Shown here: one piece after another, positions 58,004 through 64,000 of the stretch
Position numbering within the stretch: position 1 is the stretch's first letter
How the letters are laid out: every line of letters starts with the position of its first letter
From: Desulfobacterales bacterium
GTDB taxonomy: Bacteria; Desulfobacterota; Desulfobacteria; Desulfobacterales; UBA2174
Assembly (NCBI GenBank): GCA_963668645.2
Contig: CAXXWC010000018.1
Location: 558,860 to 622,859, forward strand
Length of the DNA stretch: 64,000 nucleotides
Direction of reading: 5' to 3'
The notes under the pieces: generated by a model
Database searches by the model: none
Told to the model about the DNA's origin: nothing
The model's input: only the letters and a program-made list of their open reading frames with translations
Position numbers and translations under genes: made by a program

Positions 58004-58888
58004 TCATGCGCCGGGCGACCGGGCCTGGGCCGAATCACACAACACCACCCCGGCATAACCGACGAAACTCGGGCCGGGAGTCTTGTCGTGGCTGGTGGTG
58101 TAGGTGAGCAGGTGGGCCTGGTCCGCCCCGAGGCGGCGCGCCGTTTCCATGGCCGCCGCCGCGGCCCCGGCGCAACAGGCGTTGTGGCTGTTGAGGGCCT
58201 CGTCGATTACCGCCGCCGGGGCCATCTTGCGCATGGCGTCGATGATGCGCCGGTCGTTCTCGTCGCGCACCCAGGCCAGGGCCGCCGGGCCGCTTCCCCG
58301 GGGGGTGAACCCGTAATTGGCGCCGTAATGGGTCAGGTCGGTGGAGCCGATCACCTTGATGCGCCTTTTTAGCAGGGCTGCACTCTGGGCGACCCGGTGG
58401 GCCAGATCGACGGTGGCCGGGGCCGGCGGCACCCCGAGGGGCAGGATCTTGACCTCACCGAAAAAATGCCGGACAAAGGGCAGCTGCAATTCTATCGTAT
58501 TATCGCGGGAAAAACGTTCGGGCGTCTCCACGATGAAGTTGCCGTCCTCCTGGATCTTCGCGGCCAACTCCTCGTCGATGGCCAGCACCCCCAGGGGGGT
58601 TTCCCATCCGCCTTCGGCCATGATGCGGCGGGCGTCGCCCGGGCGCAGGTGCATCCCATAGATCACCACCGTATCCGGTTTTTCACCCCTGGCCGCCACC
58701 TCGATGGTGCGGCAGGCCACCGCTCCGGAATAAAACCAGCCCGCATGCGGCACGATGCCTCCGGCCACAGCGCACCCGGGCACGGGCAGGGCCGCGGTCT
58801 GGTCGAGAAAGGCCTCGATTTCACGGCGGCATTGGGCGGCCGTAGCCGGATACCAGCTTCCGGCCAAAATCGATTTGCGGATTTTCAT
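58004..58888 (-). CDS. amrB: AmmeMemoRadiSam protein B (MEMO1 family)
   Basis: AGSWYP, PHAGWFYSG, ELQLPF, STDLTHYG, VGYAG. Confidence 0.9.
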   Translation of the reverse strand: MKIRKSILAGSWYPATAAQCRREIEAFLDQTAALPVPGCAVAGGIVPHAGWFYSGAVACRTIEVAARGEKPDTVVIYGMHLRPGDARRIMAEGGWETPLGVLAIDEELAAKIQEDGNFIVETPERFSRDNTIELQLPFVRHFFGEVKILPLGVPPAPATVDLAHRVAQSAALLKRRIKVIGSTDLTHYGANYGFTPRGSGPAALAWVRDENDRRIIDAMRKMAPAAVIDEALNSHNACCAGAAAAAMETARRLGADQAHLLTYTTSHDKTPGPSFVGYAGVVLCDSAQARSPGA

Positions 58889-59146
58889 CAGCGCCTCCTT
58901 TGCACCGGGCTTTCCGGCGGGCAATTCTTTTCCCATCTGAAAGACAGCCAGGGACCCTGACCGCCAATCTGGCACAGGCGTTGATCGCTGTCCAGCCAAA
59001 GCACGCCTTTTCTTCAGGCCGATGATGATTATGGTGCTTTGATATACGGCCCAGCGGCGATTTGGCCGGCGGTGCGCCGCAAATGCGGAAACTTGAAAAG
59101 ACCGGTTTTGAATTGGCGGGGACGTTTAACCAAGGGGGGACATGCC

Positions 59147-59974
59147 ATGTGGGACTATACCGATAAAGTAAAGGATCATTTTCTCAACCCGCGCAACGTG
59201 GGCAAGATCGAAGACGCCGATGCGGTGGGCGAAGTCGGATCTCTGGCCTGCGGGGATGCGCTGACCCTCTACCTGAAACTCGACGAGAACCAGCGCATCC
59301 GGGACGCCAGTTTTCAGACCTTCGGCTGTGCTAGTGCCATCGCTTCGTCTTCGGCACTCACCGAGATGGTCAAGGGCAAGACCTTGGAAGAGGCGCGTCA
59401 GATCACCAACGAACAGATCGCTGATTACCTCGGCGGGCTGCCCAAGGAGAAGATGCACTGCTCGGTGATGGGCCGCGATGCGCTGGAAAAAGCTATTTCC
59501 TGCTATCTGGACGAGCCCGAAAAGAAGGTCGAGGGCGAAATCGTCTGCGAGTGCTTCGGGGTTACCGACCGGCAGATCCGCGAGGCCGTGGGCGAGCACC
59601 GGCTCAAGACCATAGAGGACGTGACCGGCTACCTCAAGGCCGGCGGGGCCTGCGGCAACTGCCACGAGAAAATCCAGCATATCATCTGGGAGACCCTGGG
59701 CCTCCCCGATCCGGTGAAAAAGCCGCCGGCCATGACCAACATCCAAAAGATCCGGCGCATCGAGGAAACCCTGGATGCCGATATCCGGCCGGCCTTGAAA
59801 CGCGATGGCGGAGATATCCAACTGGTGGACGTGGAAGGGAACCGGGTGCTGGTCAAGCTGCGCGGGGCCTGCGCCACGTGCCAGTTGTCCCAGGCGACCT
59901 TGAGGGATTTCGTCGAATCGCGGCTGCGTGAAACCGTGGTCCCGGAACTGATCGTAGAGGAGGTGCCGGCATGA
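59147..59974 (+). CDS. nifU: Fe-S scaffold NifU (IscU + BFD-like + Nfu domains)
   Basis: HFLNPRNVG, CGD, FGCASAIAS, KMHCS, CECFGV, GGACGNC, DGGDI..GACATC. Confidence 0.95.
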   Translation: MWDYTDKVKDHFLNPRNVGKIEDADAVGEVGSLACGDALTLYLKLDENQRIRDASFQTFGCASAIASSSALTEMVKGKTLEEARQITNEQIADYLGGLPKEKMHCSVMGRDALEKAISCYLDEPEKKVEGEIVCECFGVTDRQIREAVGEHRLKTIEDVTGYLKAGGACGNCHEKIQHIIWETLGLPDPVKKPPAMTNIQKIRRIEETLDADIRPALKRDGGDIQLVDVEGNRVLVKLRGACATCQLSQATLRDFVESRLRETVVPELIVEEVPA

Positions 59975-61155
59975 ATCCGATCTACCTGGACAACAACGCC
60001 ACCACCCGGGTGGCCGATGAGGTCATCGAGGCCATGGTGCCGTATTTCGGCCAACGATACGGTAATGCATCGAGCATGCACAGCTTCGGCGGCGTGGTGG
60101 CCAAGGAGCTGCGCCAGGCACGGGAGCAGTTGGCCGGCCTGCTGGGGGCCGACCCGGAGGAAATTATTTTCACCAGTTGCGGCACGGAAAGTGACAGTAC
60201 CGCCATCTGGTCGGCCCTGCGCAGCCGGCCGGACCGCCGCCACCTGATCACCAGCCGGGTGGAGCATCCGGCCGTCAAGAACCTGGCCGAGTGGCTGGCG
60301 GAAAACGGCTACCGGGTGACCTTCGTTCCGGTGGATGCCCGCGGCCGGCTGGATCTGGACTATTTCGACAAGCACCTGAGCGACGATACGGCCATTGCCA
60401 GCTTCATGTGGGCCAACAACGAGACCGGCACCCTTTTTCCGGTGGAAGAGCTGGCCGGGCGCTGCCGCGAGCGGGGGGTGCTCTTTCACACCGATGCGGT
60501 TCAGGCCGTTGGCAAGGTCCCCATCGATCTGGGCCGCAGCCGCATCGACATGCTTTCCCTTTCCGGCCACAAGCTGCACGGCCCCAAGGGGATCGGGGCG
60601 CTTTACGTGAGGCGCAAGACGCCTTTCGCGCCCTTTATGCTCGGCGGTCACCAGGAGCGCGGGCGGCGCGCCGGCACCGAAAACAGCGCCTCCATCGTGG
60701 GTCTGGGACAGGCGGCCGAGTTCGTGGCGCAGCAGATGGACCAGGAGAATACCCGGGTGCGTACCCTGCGCGACCGGCTGGAGGCCGAGCTCCTCGACCG
60801 GATCCCCGATGCCTTTGTCAACGGGGATCGCGACAACCGGCTGCCCAACACCACCAGCATCGGTTTCGACGCCGTGGAGGGCGAGGCGATCCTGCTGTTG
60901 ATGGACCAGTACGGGATTTGCGCTTCGTCCGGCTCGGCCTGTACCAGCGGGTCGCTGGAGCCGAGCCACGTGCTGCGGGCCATGAACGTTCCCTTTACCC
61001 GGGCCCACGGCTCGATCCGTTTTAGTCTGAGCGTCTACAACACGGATGCGGACATCGATCTGGTGCTGGCCAAGCTGCCGCCCATCATCGCGCAGCTGCG
61101 GCAGATGTCGCCTTTCTGGAAGGGGCCGTCGCGGCTTTCCTGCCCGGCGACGTGA
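59971..61155 (+). CDS. nifS: Cysteine desulfurase
   Basis: YLDNNATT, SGHKLHGPKG, SSGSACTS. Confidence 0.96.
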   Translation: MNPIYLDNNATTRVADEVIEAMVPYFGQRYGNASSMHSFGGVVAKELRQAREQLAGLLGADPEEIIFTSCGTESDSTAIWSALRSRPDRRHLITSRVEHPAVKNLAEWLAENGYRVTFVPVDARGRLDLDYFDKHLSDDTAIASFMWANNETGTLFPVEELAGRCRERGVLFHTDAVQAVGKVPIDLGRSRIDMLSLSGHKLHGPKGIGALYVRRKTPFAPFMLGGHQERGRRAGTENSASIVGLGQAAEFVAQQMDQENTRVRTLRDRLEAELLDRIPDAFVNGDRDNRLPNTTSIGFDAVEGEAILLLMDQYGICASSGSACTSGSLEPSHVLRAMNVPFTRAHGSIRFSLSVYNTDADIDLVLAKLPPIIAQLRQMSPFWKGPSRLSCPAT

Positions 61156-61200
61156 GGGCGGAAGAGAAAATAAGACCTCGCTGCGGTCCGGCAGCTGCCG

Positions 61201-61617
61201 TCAGGGCCTGCCGGACTGCGAGGTTTTGACCACCCGATCGACCGTGTAGCCTTTGGCTTCGAAAATCCCCCACGAATAGTCCGAACCGTGATCCCCCAAG
61301 ATAATGTCGATTCCGAAAGGGATGGCAGACAGGGGCGGGATCTGCACCTTGCACAAATAGAGCCGCGGGAACACCTCCCCACCCTTGGTCGTTTTCACAT
61401 ACACGGCGATTTCGGTAATGAAGATGTCGCTGTTCCCGTTGTAGAAATTTCCGGCATAGGTGGTGCCGTCCTGCAGGCCGGCCTCGCCCGAGATCCTCAT
61501 GATCTGGGAGCTCGACAAGGGCTTGCTTTTTCGCTTGGTCCCCTTTTCCGCCGAAGCGGGCGAAGCTGCCGCGAAGATGATCACCAGGAAGATTACCGCA
61601 ATCTGTTTGCCGATCAT
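61201..61617 (-). CDS. Exported hypothetical protein
   Basis: Signal peptide ending ASA; beta-rich body. Confidence 0.6.
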   Translation of the reverse strand: MIGKQIAVIFLVIIFAAASPASAEKGTKRKSKPLSSSQIMRISGEAGLQDGTTYAGNFYNGNSDIFITEIAVYVKTTKGGEVFPRLYLCKVQIPPLSAIPFGIDIILGDHGSDYSWGIFEAKGYTVDRVVKTSQSGRP

Positions 61618-61901
61618 TGTCTGGCTCGATGGGGCTGATGAGGTACTGGTATCTGTTTGGATACTTCCGAAAAGACCGGAGGTGTCAAGAATTCGGGGAG
61701 TAAACGCATTGCTCCTTATGGCGTTATGCGTACTTCATGGCTGCTGCGAGCCGGTCAGGAATACCGCAAGCCGCAACGGTGCAGTCGGAGAATCGAGTGG
61801 GGGCGCTTTTCGCAGGGCGGCGGATCCGCCAGGGAAAACAGGGCAAGCGGTCGGTCAGCCCTGTTCTCCCTGGCGGGAAATGGTCGTTAGATCAGATTGT
61901 G

Positions 61902-63020
61902 CTACTGGATCGGTTTGAGTTCCACGCGGCGGTTGTTGGCGCGGCCTTCCCTGGTCTTGTTGCTGTCCATGGGCTGTGACTCACCGTAACCTTCGGCCGT
62001 CATGCGGGAAGCGTCGATTCCCTTGCCTTCCAGGTATTCGAGCACGGTCTGGGCGCGGCGTTTGGAAAGTCCCAGGTTGTACTCTTCCGTACCGATGGAG
62101 CAGGTATGCCCCTGGATCTCGACCTTGATTTCCGGGTTGTCGCGCAGGGCATCATAGATCCCGTCCAAGATCGGATAGGAGCTTGTCATCAAGGTCGCCT
62201 TGTCGAACTCGAACTTGATGTCTCTGAACACCCAGGAGGCCTTCTTGACCGGCTTTTCAACCTTCTTGGGGGCCGGTGCAGGTGCCGGCGGGGGCGGCGG
62301 GGGCGGTGCCGGGAGCAGGAGGACGGTTTCGACGAAATCGGCCATCTTGGCGCCCGAATCCAGATCCTGTGCGCTGACGGCAGCGCCGCATCCGGTGACC
62401 TTGCTCAGGGACTCCATCAAGGAGCGGCCGGCCGAATCATCCCCGACCAGCACGGTGTAGATGCACAGCCTGTCGCCGTACTTGGCTTTCAGGTCGCCGG
62501 CAGACGCCAGGGGGGCCTTGCCCATATCCTTGCCGTCGCTGACCACCACCATGGCAATCTTGCCCTGGGCCTTGGCAAGGTCATCGATGAGGGCGCTCAG
62601 GCTCTTTTCCATTGGGCTGGGACCGCCGGCCGGGGCGACCTTGCCTAATGCCGCAGCCAGATCAGCGCGTGAATAATCGCTCGGACCGTAGGCCAACATC
62701 GTGCTTTGGGTCGATAGTTTCGGTTCGTGCCCGAAGGTGCGCAGTTCGGCCTTGATCGGCAGGTCGGGCATGGTCTCGTTGAAATTGGCGATCACCGATT
62801 TGGCGATGGCGAATTTTTCACGCATATCGTAGGCGTCCCCCATGGAGGAAGACGCGTCCAGCAAGAAGACCAGGTTGTCGGCCTTGGGCAGCCACTTTTG
62901 GGAATCCATTTGCTGGGTCTGGTAAGGCTCAACTTTGAGCAGTGGTTTCGAGGCGCATCCGGCGAAGACCAGCGCGATGGCCAAGATAACCGCTACCCCT
63001 ATAGCTTTTTTAGCGTTCAT
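61902..63020 (-). CDS. Lipoprotein with vWA domain, Pro-rich linker and OmpA-like peptidoglycan-binding domain
   Basis: Lipobox FAGC, DASSSM MIDAS, VSDG, FEFDKA, GHT...LSKRRA...NRRVE. Confidence 0.92.
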   Translation of the reverse strand: MNAKKAIGVAVILAIALVFAGCASKPLLKVEPYQTQQMDSQKWLPKADNLVFLLDASSSMGDAYDMREKFAIAKSVIANFNETMPDLPIKAELRTFGHEPKLSTQSTMLAYGPSDYSRADLAAALGKVAPAGGPSPMEKSLSALIDDLAKAQGKIAMVVVSDGKDMGKAPLASAGDLKAKYGDRLCIYTVLVGDDSAGRSLMESLSKVTGCGAAVSAQDLDSGAKMADFVETVLLLPAPPPPPPPAPAPAPKKVEKPVKKASWVFRDIKFEFDKATLMTSSYPILDGIYDALRDNPEIKVEIQGHTCSIGTEEYNLGLSKRRAQTVLEYLEGKGIDASRMTAEGYGESQPMDSNKTREGRANNRRVELKPIQ

Positions 63021-63099
63021 GCGGTTTTCCTTTCATTAGAGGTACAAGTCTGTTCTCCATCAAGAAGACACTATCCGTCCGGCTGGATCTTAAAGTTGA

Positions 63100-63897
63100 T
63101 CAGGTCTGTTTGGCCGCCACCTGATCACGCAACCAGACGATCCACGCTTCGAAACCTTCTCCGGTCCTGGCCGATACTTGAAACACCGGCATGTCCGGAT
63201 GGATCTGGGCGATGTTTGCCAATGCTAGGTCAAGATCGTAATCCAAATAGGGCAGGAGGTCAATCTTGTTGAGCAGAGCCGCATCGCATTCACGGAACAT
63301 GAGCGGATATTTGATCGGTTTGTCCTCGCCTTCGGTGGTCGACAGGATGACAACGCGCCGATCCTCGCCGATGTCGAATTCGGCCGGGCAGACCAGGTCT
63401 GCCCACGTTTTCCACGATCAGCAGGTCCAACGCGTCCAGGGGCAGTTCGGCGGCGGGCCCTTTCGATGACGTGCGCCGCCAGGTGGCAGTCGCCACCGAA
63501 CTCGTCGGTGTTGACCTGGACCACCGGGGCCCCGGACACCGACAACTGGTCGGCGTCGTAGGTTGAACAGATGTCGCCAACGATCACGGCCGCAGCGCAG
63601 CTCGGGCATCAAGGCCGCCAGGGTGCGGATCAGGGAGGTGGTTTTGCCCGATCCAGGGAACTCATCACGTTGAGCACGAAGATCCCCTTGGCGGCAAAGA
63701 GCTGGCGGTTGGCCTGGGCCATGCGGTCGTTGGCGTCCAGGACCCGGCGCACAACCTTGATTTGGCGTGATCCGGCGCCGCTGGCGGCGTGGATCGTGAT
63801 CGTGATCGTGATGATCATGATCATGGGGATGGCGATTGGGGGCGGCCATGGTCGTGATGGCGGGGCGGCGGGGATTTCGCAGAAGATGGAAGGGCAT
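63100..63897 (-). pseudogene. hypB: Hydrogenase nickel-insertion GTPase HypB, broken by several 1-nt frameshifts (real or sequencing error)
   Basis: His-rich N-terminus, [55 protein letters not shown] split across frames. Confidence 0.85.
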
Positions 63898-63898
63898 G

Positions 63899-64000
63899 TC
63901 AGTCGTCCAGTTCTTGGAGTTCGATGGATTGAATATCCAGCTCCCGACCCGAAACGATCTCAATAGCGGTGCCTTTACAACCCGGGCAGCGGAAGACCGG
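63899..64000 (-). CDS. hypA: HypA C-terminus (5' part outside the window)
   Basis: Minus strand PVFRCPGCKGTAIEIVSGRELDIQSIELQELDD-stop. Confidence 0.85.
   Translation of the reverse strand, partial: PVFRCPGCKGTAIEIVSGRELDIQSIELQELDD

Noticed and set aside
58970..58985. Sigma54 promoter upstream of nifU (TGGCAC-N5-TTGAT)
   Set aside because: The conserved -12 GC is mismatched; too weak to call.
59147..61155. Nitrogen fixation cluster
   Set aside because: nifU-nifS alone is the housekeeping Fe-S assembly system in many anaerobes; no nifHDK in the window.
62275..62312. GC-rich repeat as a DNA element
   Set aside because: It encodes the Pro/Ala linker of the OmpA protein.
63790..63830. GATCGT/GATCAT tandem repeat
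   Set aside because: It encodes the His/Asp-rich nickel-binding N-terminus of HypB.
1..64000. CRISPR array, rRNA or tRNA genes
   Set aside because: No regularly spaced direct repeats or recognisable structural RNA genes seen by eye; a covariance search was not possible.

Overview
GC-rich bacterial DNA; the gene content (dsrP-like, hdrC-like, corrinoid methyltransferase, nifU/nifS, hypAB) suggests an anaerobic sulfate reducer of the Desulfobacterota type (inference). Positions 1-6.6 kb are a decaying integron-cassette region. A frameshift-type DDE insertion sequence abuts the surviving C-terminal half of a catalytically inactive prokaryotic Argonaute gene, which is itself followed by an attC site. 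Two further cassettes with matching attC core sites follow, then a group II intron remnant that cuts an attC, gene fragments and hicAB. Positions 7-13.7 kb hold a TRAP transporter plus cobalamin methyltransferase operon with a divergent XRE-cupin regulator. The most notable locus is a tightly coupled operon at 15.1-26.4 kb: a Tat-signal-bearing PqqD/RRE protein, two radical SAM/SPASM enzymes, a 2576-aa secreted TPR/beta-helix/dockerin protein, and a 100-aa peptide with a YxxPxM leader motif and a CxC-rich core ending GGGGGVYWYPY. It looks like a RiPP-type or protein-modification system that I cannot assign to a described class. After it come pseudogenes, assorted redox and regulatory genes, a TPR-CsgG plus MacAB-TolC exporter, and core-like genes (asnA, pstSCAB, tpx, MEMO1/amrB, nifU-nifS, OmpA, frameshifted hypB, partial hypA).
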